Assembly: GCF_036373705.1 (NCBI RefSeq)
Contig: NC_089855.1
Location: forward strand, 18,085,962 to 18,149,961
Direction: 5' to 3'
Length of the DNA: 64,000 nt
Source: Amia ocellicauda
Lineage: Eukaryota
A program made the translations under genes and the position numbers. Of this stretch, positions 1-10,628 are shown in pieces; position 1 is the stretch's first letter; each line of letters opens with the position of its first letter. The notes beneath the pieces are model-generated. The model was not told where the DNA came from and ran no database searches. It saw only the letters and a program-made list of their open reading frames with translations.

Positions 1-395
1 GGCCTATATGTGCTGATGTAGCTATCACTCGTGTAAATGTCTTGTGACTGTGAAGGTTTGTTTGAATTTCAAAGTGTCAGTTTACTTATGAACTCCCTGC
101 ACAGTGTGCCTCTTATAAGGGGTCTGAATGTTTCAGGATACACCTGAAATTGAAGGAGGAGTTCTCCAAATCGGACCCAGTGCTAATGGATTGGAAGGAG
201 AACATGCATTGTGCTATGCTGATCAATGGGGTCTGGGAGAGAGGAAGTATAATCACTACTTTCCCTGGAAATATAGCAGAGGTGATTTGTGTTTATTTCC
301 TGCTCTTTTACATATAAATTTCACATAAAGGGTAAGCTTCATGTGTGCTGTGGCCAATACTGGTCTGTGTTTAAATTAGTCTATTGTCTGTGCAG

Positions 396-508
396 GTAAA
401 GCTCTGTGATTTTGGAAACCATGTGCTCTTACCCTTCAACAACCTGAGACCTCTGCACCAGGACCTCATGGGGTCTCTGGCTTTAGAGTGCTGTCTGGGA
501 GACATCAG
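396..508 (+). CDS. rnf17: rnf17-like exon (Tudor core: [37 protein letters not shown])
   Basis: Acceptor tgtctgtgcag|GTAAAG, donor ATCAG|gtaatt. It ends in phase 2, which matches the next exon. Confidence 0.65.
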
Positions 509-3500
509 GTAATTATTATTTCAATCAAGTGTCAGAAACGAGGACTTTTCCTTAACAATATCCTTGTCCTAGAATACTGTTAACTTTTTTTTATTATTTT
601 GTGCTTTATTTTCTGATTTACTTTCATACGCTCCTAAAACCCCCCCAATGATATTAAGTGTTAAAGAGAATATGGGTGTTGGAATTTTTAATTTTCAAGG
701 AGAATTTCTTGATCATGAAACCTAGGTTGAATAAGTAGTTTCCTTAAATATGATTTGTAAAACATTTTACTTGAGCCTTATTTTATATCACTGTTTTTCG
801 TTGTTTATTGTTTCTCATTAATTCATGGATGTTTTGCATTTGAGCTTTTGCTGTGTATTTTCACTGGGAAACTGGATTTTCAGGGCCAGGTGCTTGTGAT
901 TTGTGATGTTTGTTTGCTAGTTGATTGCAGTGTTAGTGCTAAAGATCCTCTACCTCTTCCAACTGCTGTTTTGAGGACACTTTTTATAATTGCAGTAGGG
1001 GTAGAACTCCAGCTTCTACTGCTTCTTTGTTTTTTGTGTCTCTCCTGGGCTTTCAGTCCATCACTCTTTGTAGTGAGGAATTTGGGCTTGCTGCCCAGGC
1101 CTCCCCACACCTCATCTGGTCTTGTGCAAACACCTGGCGCTTCCCCCTGAGAGCTGTCACTGTGTCTATTGCAGGCCTGCGGGGGGCAGCAGCACTTGGA
1201 CGGCCACGGCATGCGACTTCATTTCATTCTACTTAACTGGAGCTATGGCGATCATGACTGTTAAGGTAACATTGTCCTAGCAAATATGGGGAAGGCAATG
1301 TTTTGGTCAACTTTCCTTCTCTCAGCCAGAAAATGGTGCAGTTCATGAAGAAAATGTTAAATTGCAGGAAACTAAAGTTTTTTTTGGAGATGTTGAATCT
1401 TTCTTTTTTTTTTTTAAACTCCAAGATGATCAGATCTGCAAGAAACTGAAAAGGCATCAGAAACTATTGTCCCTGTTTTGAAAAGATGCCTGGACTAAAC
1501 TGCCACCTCTCATACTGAATTACAAAACAAAACAATCTCTCCCTGTTAGGAAAATACATCTGTTCGGCCAGTACCAGTCGTCCTGTACTGTTCGAACAAT
1601 GCTGGCCAGGATGTCAGTGTTGCAGATTACCTTGTTGGTGAAGGATTGGCCTTGAAGGAAAGGAAGTAAGAAGAAAGTTCTAAATAAATAAATGTATACA
1701 CAAACTGCAGTTCTGCTGAAAACTAGTCTGAATAGTACAGCGAGTAAAAAAGTGTATATTTACTTTTGTTTATGTTACAGTCTGGCTAAAACAAAATTTG
1801 AAACTGGTGTACAGCTGGAGGACATCCCCACAGTGGAGGACTGCTCTTATGGTGAGGAGTCGGCCCCTATGCCTCTGTATTGCCCCCCTGCTGCGGCCCA
1901 CAGAACCTTTCCGAAGAGAGAGAGGAGCCAGCCCTACAGCCCCCCCGACCTCCCGCACTGTGGCCGAATGCAGGTGCTTGTCACCCACGTTGGGGATGAC
2001 GGGGTTATCCATGCCATGACCAGCCACGCAGGTCTGTGAAACACCTGTTCTCCTGACAGCATTTCTAAATAAATAAACTGCAACCTGCCCATTTAATATA
2101 TAGTACTGTGCAAAAGTTTTAGGCAGGTGTGAAAAAATACTGTTATGTAAGAATGCTTTAAAAAATAGACCTGTTAATAGATTATATTTAACTAAATGCA
2201 AAGTGAGAGAACAGAAGAATAATCCATATTTGGTGTGACCACCCTTTGCCTTCAAAACAGCATCAATTCTTCTAGGTACACTTGCACACAGTTTTTGAAG
2301 GAACTCGGCAGGTAGGTTGGCCCAAACATCTTGGAGAACTAACCACAATTCTTCTGTGGATTTAGGCAGCCTCAGTTGCTTCTCTCTCTTCATGTAATCC
2401 CAGACAGACTCAATGTTGAGATCAGGGCTCTGTGGAGCCATACCATCACTTCCAGGACTCCTTGTTCTTCTTTACGCTCAAGATGGTTTTTAATGACTGT
2501 CGCTGTATGTTTGAGGTCGTTGTCATGCTGCAGAATACATTTGTGGCCAATCGGATACCTCCCTGATGGTATTGCATGATGGGTAAGTATCTGCCTCTAC
2601 TTCACAGTATTGAGGAGACCATTCATTCTGACCACATCCCCAACTCCATTTGCAGAAGTGCAGCCCCAAACATGCAAGGAACCTCCACCATGCTTCACTG
2701 TTGCCAGCAGGCACTCATTCATGTACCGCTCTCCAGCCCCTCAAAGTTTGACTCATCTGTCCAGAGCAGCTGCTGCCATTTTTCTGCCGCCCAGTTCCTG
2801 TGTTTTCGTGCATAGTTGAGTCGCTTGGACTTGTTGCCACGTTGGAGGTATGGCTTTTTGGGCGCAAGTCTTCCATGAAGGCCACTTCTGACAAGACTTC
2901 TCTGGACAATACATGGGTGTACCAGGGTCCCACTGTTTTCTGCCAATTCTGAGCTGATGGCACTGCTGGACATCTTCCGATTGCGAAGGGAAGTAAGCAT
3001 GATGCATCTTTCATCTGCTGCAGTAAGTTTCCTTGGCTGACCACTGCGTCTACTGTCCGTTTTTTTGTGCTTCTACAACAGAGCTTGGACAGCACATCTG
3101 GAAACCCCTGTGTGCCTTGAAATGTCTGCCTGGGAGAGACCTTGCTGATGCAGTATAACTACCTTGTGTCTTGTTGCCGTGCTCAGTCTTGCCATGGTCT
3201 ATGACTTTTGACTGTAAACTGTCTTCAGCAACCTCACCTTGTTAGCTGAGTTTGGCTGTTCCTCACCCAGTTTTATTCCTCCTACACAGCTGTTTCTGTT
3301 TCAGTTAATGGTTGTGTTTCAACCTACATATTGAATTGATGATCATTAGCACCTGTTTGGTATAATTGTTTAATCAAACACTGACTATATGCCTACAAAA
3401 TCCCTGACTTTGTGCTAGTGTAACTAGAAGAATTGATGCTGTTCTGAAGGCAAAGGGTGGTCACACCAAATATGGATTTGATTTTTCTTCTGTTCACTCA

Positions 3501-3607
3501 CTTTGTATTTAGTTAATTGATAAATATAATCTATTAACATGTCTATTTTGAAAGCATTCTTACTTTACAGCATTTTTTCACACCTGCATAAAACTTTTGA
3601 ACAGTAC

Positions 3608-3639
<32 letters not shown>

Positions 3640-4857
3640 CACTCACCTAAAGGATTATTAGGAACACCTGTTCAATTTCTCATTAATGCAATTATCTAAC
3701 CAACCAATCACATGGCAGTTGCTTCAATGCATTTAGGGGTGTGGTCCTGGTCAAGACAATCTCCTGAACTCCACACTGAATGTCTGAATGGGAAAGAAAG
3801 GTGATTTAAGCAATTTTGAGCGTGGCATGGTTGTTGGTGCCAGACGGGCCGGTCTGAGTATTTCACAATCTGCTCAGTTACTGGGATTTTCACGCACAAC
3901 CATTTCTAGGGTTTACAAAGAATGGTGTGAAAAGGGAAAAACATCCAGTATGCGGCAGTCCTGTGGGCGAAAATGCCTTGTTGATGCTAGAGGTCAGAGG
4001 AGAATGTGCCGACTGATTCAAGCTGATAGAAGAGCAACTTTGACTGAAATAACCACTCGTTACAACCGAGGTATGCAGCAAAGCATTTGTGAAGCCACAA
4101 CACGTACAACCTTGAGGAGGATGGGCTACAACAGCAGAAGACCCCACCGGGTACCACTCATCTCCACTACAAATAGGACAAAGAGGCTACAATTTGCACA
4201 AGCTCACCAAAATTGGACAGTTGAAGACTGGAAAAATGTTGCCTGGTCTGATGAGTCTCGATTTCTGTTGAGACATTCAGATGGTAGAGTCAGAATTTGG
4301 CGTAAACAGAATGAGAACATGGATCCATCATGCCTTGTTACCACTGTGCAGGCTGGTGGTGGTGGTGTAATGGTGTGGGGGATGTTTTCTTGGCACACTT
4401 TAGGCCCCTTAGTGCCAATTGGGCATCGTTTAAATGCCACGGCCTACCTGAGCATTGTTTCTGACCATGTCCATCCCTTTATGACCACCATGTACCCATC
4501 CTCTGATGGCTACTTCCAGCAGGATAATGCACCATGTCACAAAGGTCCAATCATTTCAAATTGGTTTCTTGAACATGACAATGAGTTCACTGTACTAAAC
4601 TGGCCCCCACAGTCACCAGATCTCAACCCAATAGAGCATCTTTGGGATGTGGTGGAACAGGAGCTTCGTGCCCTGGATGTGCATCCCACAAATCTCCATC
4701 AACTGCAAGATGCTATCCTATCAATATGGGCCAACATTTCTAAAGAATGTTTTCAGCACCTTGTTGAATCAATGCCACGTAGAATTAAGGCAGTTCTGAA
4801 GGCGAAAGGGGGTCAAACACAGTATTAGTATGGTGTTCCTAATAATCCTTTAGGTGA

Positions 4858-4911
<54 letters not shown>

Positions 4912-7900
4912 CATACACACACTGATCAGCCATAACATTATGACCACTGACAGGTGAAGTGAATAACACTGATAATCTTATTATCATGGCATATGTCAGT
5001 GGGTGGGATCTATTAGGCAGCAAGTGAACATTTTGTCCTCAAAGTTGATGTGTTAGAAGCAGGAAAAATGGGCAAGCGTAAGGATCTGAGCGACTGACAA
5101 GGGCCAAATTGTGATGGCTAGACGACTGGGTCAGAGCATCTCCAAAACTGCAGCTCTTGTGGGGTGTTCCCAGTCTGCAGTGGTCAGTACCTATCAAAAG
5201 TGGTCCAAGGAAGGAAAAGCGGTGAACCGCCGACAGGGTCATGGGCGGCCAAGGCTCATTGATGCACGTGGGGAGCGAAGGCTGGCCCGTGGGGTCCGAT
5301 CCAACAGACGAGCTACTGTAGCTGAAAAAGTGAATGCTGGTTCTGATAGAAAGGTGTCAGAACACGCAGTGCATCGCAGTTTGTTGCGTATGGGGCTGCG
5401 TAGCCGCAGACCAGTCAGGGTGCCCATGCTGACCCCTGTCCACTGCCGAAAGCACCTACAATGGGCACGTGAGCATCAGAACTGGACCACGGAGCAATGG
5501 AAGAAGGTGGCCTGGTCTGATGAATCACGAGTTCAAGGTGTTGACTTGGCCTCAAAATTCCCTTAAAGACTTAAAGAATCTGCTACTAATGTCTTGGTGC
5601 CAGATACCACCACACACCATGACTCGACAGGTCTGGGCTGTTTTAGTGGCAAAAGGGGGACCTACACAATATTAGGCAGGTGGTCATAATGTTATGGCTG
5701 ATCGGTGTATATCTCTAGTGCAATTCTATAACATATAAAAACCCTTCCAATTTAGTTTTAATAATTGTTGAATAATATATTGTAAAATGTAGTTCTAAAA
5801 CTACACTCAGTTTAACATGGTCACCAACACCACTGCTGCTATTTTAGTTACCGAATGAATTTGTTGCACACGAACACTAGTTGTCTGAATCCAGGCACAC
5901 ATTGTACACACAGGGCTGTGAGCTCACCTGTAATTTCTTTTTTTCTTTTCTGAATGCAGAGCAGATATTTGAGACGCTTAAAACAGACCTCCAGCAGCAT
6001 ATTAAATCTCTTCCTCGCCAAAGGCCTTACAGCTGGGCGCTGGGCCACGGCTGTGCAGTGATGGGCTCTGACATGCTGTGGTACCGAGCAGAGGTGCTGG
6101 AGGTGATGGGTGGGAATGTGAAGGTTAGTGCTCACTCACCGTTACTAATGATCACCTGCACTGCAGTTTGATTTCCAGTTCCTGAAAGAAACACGTACAG
6201 GTCCCTAATATGCCAGCCTGTTGCTTGTTAGTTGGGACGGAGTATGATGCAGATGTTTTGTTAATGCTTATGCAGTTGGGAACATGTCACGACCTCAGTT
6301 GGTCGATGGGTCGAATGGCCTCCTTTCGTTTGTAGACTTTCAACTATAAAGAAATTGGGTTATTTTTTCTTTTGTACCTGTTTGGAGCAATGAAGTGGTT
6401 TACATTTCTCCGTGGGACAGGTGCGGTATGTGGATCAGGGGCTGATCGAGAACATCCCCATGTGCCACATCATCCCCACGGTCCTGTATAAGGAAGTGCC
6501 TCGGCTGTGCATTCCCTGTCAGCTCCATGGAGTTATACCTGTAAGTGCCAATGTCATAAGAGTATTTACTTTTAACTTTGCAGAACAAAAGAAAGAAACG
6601 AAGGGAGGGTAAGGGTGTTGAATGTTATAAGTGGAATTTCTGAGTAAATATCCGGGCTGAGAAAAAGGAATCCATTATGTTCTCGTCCAGGTGTCGGTCT
6701 TGGAAGCATATACTGTCTGAGTCACTGAGGCAAATGCTGGGCTCTCTGCTTTTCTCTACAGGGGACTTCATGTAGGATTGTGGCATTAAGATTCCCAGAG
6801 TTTTCTTGATGCTGTGTTCTCTCCACAGGTTGGCACAGTTTGGCAGACCGATGCAGTTGCTTTGCTAAAAGAGTTACTTCAGTGTCGATCTGTTGATATG
6901 CAGATCATGGTACAGTATCCTTATACAATACAGTATAGAAAGCATAAGGTGTTAAAGCATTTGTTCTGAGTGGATTTAGTTTGTAATGTGAAACAATGTA
7001 AATGCAGGAAGAAGTAGCTCAACCAGTGAAAACCTCTTCATGTAGATGCACCATTTGGCAGTTTCTTGGGAGAGCACACATGCATTACAGTACTGTTTAC
7101 TAATAAAAACATGATTACCATGTGAGCAGAGTTGTAGGCACTGTGTTGTCCCTACTTGTGTGTGTGAAAGGCATGCGAGTCTTTTCATGTGTGAAAGACT
7201 AGTCTGGGATGTATGAATGACACAGGTGTGTGTTTGGCGGCCTGTTGTAGGAGCTGCCCTCAGAGCCGCTTGGCAAGGTGACAGTCCAGATCCATTTTGA
7301 CGGGATGACTCTGAGTCGTATCATGGAGCACCATCGGCACGCCTCGCGGGACCCCTCTGTCAGCGTGCCTGAGGTACGGGACCGCAGCCAAACCTGCGCA
7401 CTGAGCCGATGTACTGTGCTGCTGGAGTCTCGGCATTGTATGACTGAAAGTATCTTGTCTTGCCAGGAAGCTCTAATGACTTCATCCAACAAAGAATTGG
7501 AGAACTGGGACTTAAACATCATGGTAATATATTTTTTATATATATACTAATGATAAAAAAAATATCCTCTACCAAATTCTTAACAAGGTGCTTTCTGTGC
7601 AGGGACTGACAGACGAAAGGCCGCTGCCGGGACTCTTCACTTATCCTCCATTCCCAGACACTGGAGAGCACTTTCCTGTCAGAATCAAACACATCCGCAC
7701 CCCTAACGAGGTACTGTCACCAGCTGAGAGAGCTGTTATGGTCTGAAGCTATTTTCAAACTTTCTGACCTCAAGCAGACCAGACCAATGTGAAACAAAAA
7801 AATCACTTCAGTCTTCTGGTAGTAACATGCCCAGCTTGACCATTTAGCTCACATTTCTTGTGAAACTGTCTTCATCTAACCCACTTGAGTATGTTTTTTG

Positions 7901-8417
7901 TGTTTTTTTCTTTCAGGATTGTAAGGTGTTTTCACTGTGACTAGGTTTGAGGATCTTGGATACAATAGATACATAATTCATGGAAAAAATATATTCACTG
8001 CATTTCTAGATTAGTATTGTTGATTTATTGACTGTTTAGAACAAGAATACTGCAACTTCTCTCATGTAATGGAAATGTGTATGACCTTGTAATTTTAGGT
8101 TCACTAACTGCTTCAGTAAGTGTAAGTTGTGATTTTAATTATAAATCAAACCCCCGTTTCCTCATTGAAAAACTACGCCTGAGGGGTGATTGGTTGTTTC
8201 TTCCACCAAACTAGATCGTCCTATGCCCTGCGGTGGAGTCGGCGAGTGTGGCAGACTCTGAGGGCCTGGACGCAGCTCTGAAGCGGGTCAACGAAGAAGT
8301 GCACAGCCTGCCGCTGCTCACCGATTTCTCCTCAGGTACAGGGACAGGACAGCTGTTGATGCGACTTGGGTTAGCAATACAAGTCAAAGAGGAGTTTGTA
8401 CTTTTGAAACTGGTCTG

Positions 8418-8455
<38 letters not shown>

Positions 8456-9676
8456 GAAATGCATTTAGAATCACCTACACAAAGCCCTTTTAATATAGAC
8501 ATTCACAGAACAGTGTTTATTTGTGCAATAAAAATGCCATTTAAAAATAACCCTGAGACACCAGTTTACAGATGCATAAAGTAAAGCTGTGTTGGGGAAA
8601 AGATTAATGAAGATGATGAGAGAGGATCAGCTTTCAAATTACACATTAATTTTCCAATCTCAATATCCATTTGGTTAAATAAGGAGTTTTACTTTCATGG
8701 GGAGTGTTCTGTGACACTATTGCTCTTTTATTCTTTATTCTCCTTCCAGAGGCCCCATGCTTGGCAAAATACAGTGATGGCAAATACTACAGAGCAAAGT
8801 TACTCAAGATTGAGAACTTCAATCCTGTTAAAGTCCTAGTGAGGCATGTTGACTACGGTTCAGATGACTCGTTGACCACAGACTGGTAAGGTGGCGTTGC
8901 TTTTCTGATTTTGCCAAATGTGATCTGGAAATGTTTCCTCTTAGATTATATAAATTTCAGAAATGCATATTCAACTATTTCTGTGTTAATCATTAATTTT
9001 TACACTTAAGTCAAGCTATAACCCTCACTCCGATACGTGGGAATGGGATAGAGAAAGGAAGTCCGTGGCATCGGTCACAAGATCTCCTAACTTGGTTTAC
9101 AGACGGAGGCTGAGTTCAGGGACATTTAATCTCGGAGCTAATCTAGACACAAGGGTGCAGGAGATTGGCCTGCTGTCTGCAGAGAAATACTCCCCACAGG
9201 GCAAGTCAAGCCCATGCCCCTGTGCCCGTCTACAGAGGGGAAGCACAGGACATCCATAGTTCTATTTATTTTGCAGCCTGCGTGAAATCCCTGTGGAGCT
9301 CCTGCAGTACCCGTGCCAAGGAATCGAAGTGAAAGTGGCCGGGATTAGGCCGCCTGAAGTTGATGATGAAGAACAGAGGTTGTCCTATAAACCGGAGTGG
9401 AGCTTAAAATCCATAATCGAGATGATGGATCTGCTGCATGGAAAACAGCTGACTGCATCTGTGCTGGTGAGGGTTTCAAAAATGCAAAGGCCAAGGGGTG
9501 GGGGGTGGGGGGTGGGGTAGGACGCCTTCATGGGTTCACTGTGTATAGAATTTAAAACTGAAAAAAACATTTTCCATTAGTCAACAGAACCCGAAATCAC
9601 AGCACATCTGTATGATGAAGACGAAATGCTGGTACTTTTGCCACTCGTGGACAAAGGTCTTGCTGATTTAATGTAG
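396..9676 (+). CDS. rnf17: 3' portion of a multi-Tudor-domain protein gene, most likely rnf17 (tdrd4). The gene start lies upstream of the window. 13 coding exons are listed individually.
   Basis: Repeated extended-Tudor signatures in spliced exons (G.C.A..DG.WYRA.V; VRYVDQG..E.IP; YRAKLL...[14 protein letters not shown]; LV.EGLA). The gene lies tail-to-tail with cenpj, as RNF17-CENPJ do in human 13q12. All junctions are phase-consistent. Confidence 0.7.
1175..1265 (+). CDS. rnf17: rnf17-like exon ([30 protein letters not shown])
   Basis: Acceptor tctattgcag|G, donor GTTAAG|gtaaca. The phase links exon 396-508 to exon 1550-1665. Confidence 0.55.
1550..1665 (+). CDS. rnf17: rnf17-like exon, Tudor C-terminal part (…[30 protein letters not shown])
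   Basis: Acceptor tctccctgttag|GAAAAT, donor AGGAA|gtaaga. It carries the V.VAD.LV.EGLA Tudor ending. Confidence 0.6.
1781..2031 (+). CDS. rnf17: rnf17-like exon (linker plus start of the next Tudor: …[26 protein letters not shown])
   Basis: Acceptor tttatgttacag|T, donor CACGCAG|gtctgt. It lies in the ORF 1692-2039 frame. Confidence 0.65.
2101..3609 (-). mobile_element. Degenerate Tc1/mariner (Tc1-like) DNA transposon A. The transposase is broken by frameshifts. Long terminal inverted repeats (about 200 bp) begin CAGTACTGT.CAAAAGTTTTA.GCAGGTGTGAAAAAAT.
   Basis: Minus-strand ORF fragments 1770-2441 (…[17 protein letters not shown]…[16 protein letters not shown]) and 2715-3095 (…WTDESNFE). 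A matching inverted repeat lies at 2101-2290 versus 3420-3609. The element sits in an intron of the rnf17-like gene. Confidence 0.8.
3609..3638. repeat. (GT)n(TA)n compound microsatellite between Tc1 elements A and B
   Basis: gtgtgtgtgtgtgtatatatatatatata read directly. Confidence 0.9.
3639..4861 (+). mobile_element. Compact Tc1-like DNA transposon B with an intact transposase ORF and about 30-bp perfect TIRs (ACACTCACCTAAAGGATTATTAGGAACACC)
   Basis: The TIR at 3639-3668 matches the reverse complement of 4832-4861. It encloses ORF 3788-4828. Confidence 0.85.
3788..4828 (+). CDS. Tc1-family DDE transposase, 346 aa, uninterrupted (HTH/paired-like N-terminus, DDE core with …DDE… QQDNAPCHK…[14 protein letters not shown])
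   Basis: Full-length ORF in the six-frame track. It shows canonical Tc1 motifs ([44 protein letters not shown]). Confidence 0.85.
   Translation: MGKKGDLSNFERGMVVGARRAGLSISQSAQLLGFSRTTISRVYKEWCEKGKTSSMRQSCGRKCLVDARGQRRMCRLIQADRRATLTEITTRYNRGMQQSICEATTRTTLRRMGYNSRRPHRVPLISTTNRTKRLQFAQAHQNWTVEDWKNVAWSDESRFLLRHSDGRVRIWRKQNENMDPSCLVTTVQAGGGGVMVWGMFSWHTLGPLVPIGHRLNATAYLSIVSDHVHPFMTTMYPSSDGYFQQDNAPCHKGPIISNWFLEHDNEFTVLNWPPQSPDLNPIEHLWDVVEQELRALDVHPTNLHQLQDAILSIWANISKECFQHLVESMPRRIKAVLKAKGGQTQY
4862..4912. repeat. (TG)n(TA)n microsatellite between Tc1 elements B and C
   Basis: tgtgtgtgtgtgtatatatata… read directly. Confidence 0.9.
4916..5708 (+). mobile_element. Internally deleted (non-autonomous) Tc1-like transposon C. 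TIR CAC(A/C)…GATCAGCCATAACATTATGACCAC. It is flanked by TA.
   Basis: ORF 5111-5566 encodes only the N-terminal HTH part of a Tc1 transposase (…[21 protein letters not shown]…WSDESR). It then jumps to the C-terminal tail (…KGGPTQY, 5469-5675). Terminal inverted repeats lie at 4916-4950 and 5675-5708. Confidence 0.8.
5960..6123 (+). CDS. rnf17: rnf17-like exon, Tudor domain (…[29 protein letters not shown])
   Basis: Acceptor tgaatgcag|AGCAG, donor GTGAAG|gttagt. The phase fits exon 1781-2031. Confidence 0.75.
6421..6540 (+). CDS. rnf17: rnf17-like exon, Tudor domain continuation ([40 protein letters not shown])
   Basis: Acceptor ccgtgggacag|GTG, donor ATACCT|gtaagt. It starts and ends in phase 0. 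Confidence 0.8.
6829..6909 (+). CDS. rnf17: rnf17-like exon ([27 protein letters not shown])
   Basis: Acceptor ttctctccacag|GTT, donor ATCATG|gtacag. Confidence 0.7.
7251..7373 (+). CDS. rnf17: rnf17-like exon ([41 protein letters not shown])
   Basis: Acceptor cctgttgtag|GAG, donor CCTGAG|gtacgg. Phase 0 at both ends. Confidence 0.6.
7603..7710 (+). CDS. rnf17: rnf17-like exon, start of the last Tudor ([36 protein letters not shown])
   Basis: Acceptor ctttctgtgcag|GG, donor AACGAG|gtactg. Confidence 0.7.
8215..8335 (+). CDS. rnf17: rnf17-like exon ([40 protein letters not shown])
   Basis: Acceptor ccaccaaactag|ATC, donor CTCAG|gtacag. Confidence 0.65.
8420..8453. repeat. poly(T) homopolymer of about 34 nt in an rnf17 intron
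   Basis: Read directly. Confidence 0.95.
8750..8885 (+). CDS. rnf17: rnf17-like exon, Tudor core ([45 protein letters not shown])
   Basis: Acceptor ctccttccag|AGG, donor GACTG|gtaagg. Confidence 0.8.
9277..9466 (+). CDS. rnf17: rnf17-like exon, Tudor continuation ([28 protein letters not shown]…[15 protein letters not shown])
   Basis: Acceptor tttattttgcag|CCTG, donor GTGCTG|gtgagg. Confidence 0.75.
9581..9676 (+). CDS. rnf17: rnf17-like terminal coding exon ([31 protein letters not shown])
   Basis: Acceptor ttttccattag|TCA. It is in frame to a TAG stop at 9674-9676. It carries the Tudor C-terminal LV..GLA motif. Confidence 0.55.
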   Translation, partial: STEPEITAHLYDEDEMLVLLPLVDKGLADLM

Positions 9677-10435
9677 AAGCGAAAAAGGTTTGCATTTAAT
9701 TTTATAAGTATAAAATAGATATCCTACACTTGAACTGATATGGGGAAAATACCTGTAATTGTTCCTAAGGATGAAAAAATGTTCCTTTGCATTTCTTTTC
9801 ACAGCATAATTCAGATTTTCCATCTGTAATACTTACATTATTGGTAAATGTCAGGCTAGAGCAATCATGATTTGAGAAGATGTATTTGCAGGATTTTAGC
9901 TTTTAAAATATTTTTAAACTCCTTCCCTTTTCAGATTGCAGCTGAGAGACCAAGAATATTTATTTTGGAACTTTGCAGGCACCAAGATATATTTAAGTTT
10001 ACCTGTTGTGATTTGTTTAGTTGTCTATAGTTCCTTCATAAGCACCTGCAGGCCACCCTCTTTGCCCTTATTGAAGTTCTTGGCAATGTTTATTGTTTTG
10101 GTTGTCTGTTATGATACTAAGTGTTCTTGTTTGTTCTGGGTTTCATGTTTATACAGGGGTGCTTAATTAATTTAGAATTTAGCCAAGAGTTTTCCAAATG
10201 GCTGAACTGTTCCAATGAATGTTTGTTTACAAGCATATCTGTGACTCTTTACCCTGCAAATAAATACATAAAAAATGTTTTAATATACATTATTTACATT
10301 TAATTTAACACTCCACTCAGTTTCACTGCATACAACACAAAGTTCCATGTGACATTTTCCCTGGTTAAAACACACACACTCTTGGAATCTGGACATGCAA
10401 GAAGTCCAATGGTTTGTGAAGTCTTGGTGTCCAGT

Positions 10436-10628
10436 CTAGCTCCTAGTGTCCATTACCACATTCCCATCCTTATCCTTGACCCGTACTCTGCCGGTGGTGT
10501 ATCTGGTTTCTTGCTGCCCATCGGCGAACACAGTCTTCACCGTCCCATCAGGGTACTCTCGCCTCTTGTACTCTGCTGTGTGCACTTCTCTCTGCCCATT
10601 GTTGAATTCAATGACTTTACTTCCATCT
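10436..10628 (-). CDS. cenpj: cenpj last coding exon (…[63 protein letters not shown])
   Basis: Acceptor (minus strand) gtaacacag|AGATGG. Stop TAG lies at 10436-10438. Confidence 0.85.

Noticed and set aside
128-328. ORF (66 aa) flanked by a possible acceptor and donor, upstream of the first rnf17-like exon
   Set aside because: The translation has no Tudor-like or other recognisable features. Phase continuity with exon 396-508 could not be established.
9935-10030. Possible extra 3' exon of the rnf17-like gene after the acceptor ttcccttttcag|ATTGCAGCT
   Set aside because: It runs into a stop within 30 codons and has no domain features. The exon at 9581-9676 gives a clean Tudor C-terminus (…[10 protein letters not shown]) and a stop, so this one is not needed.
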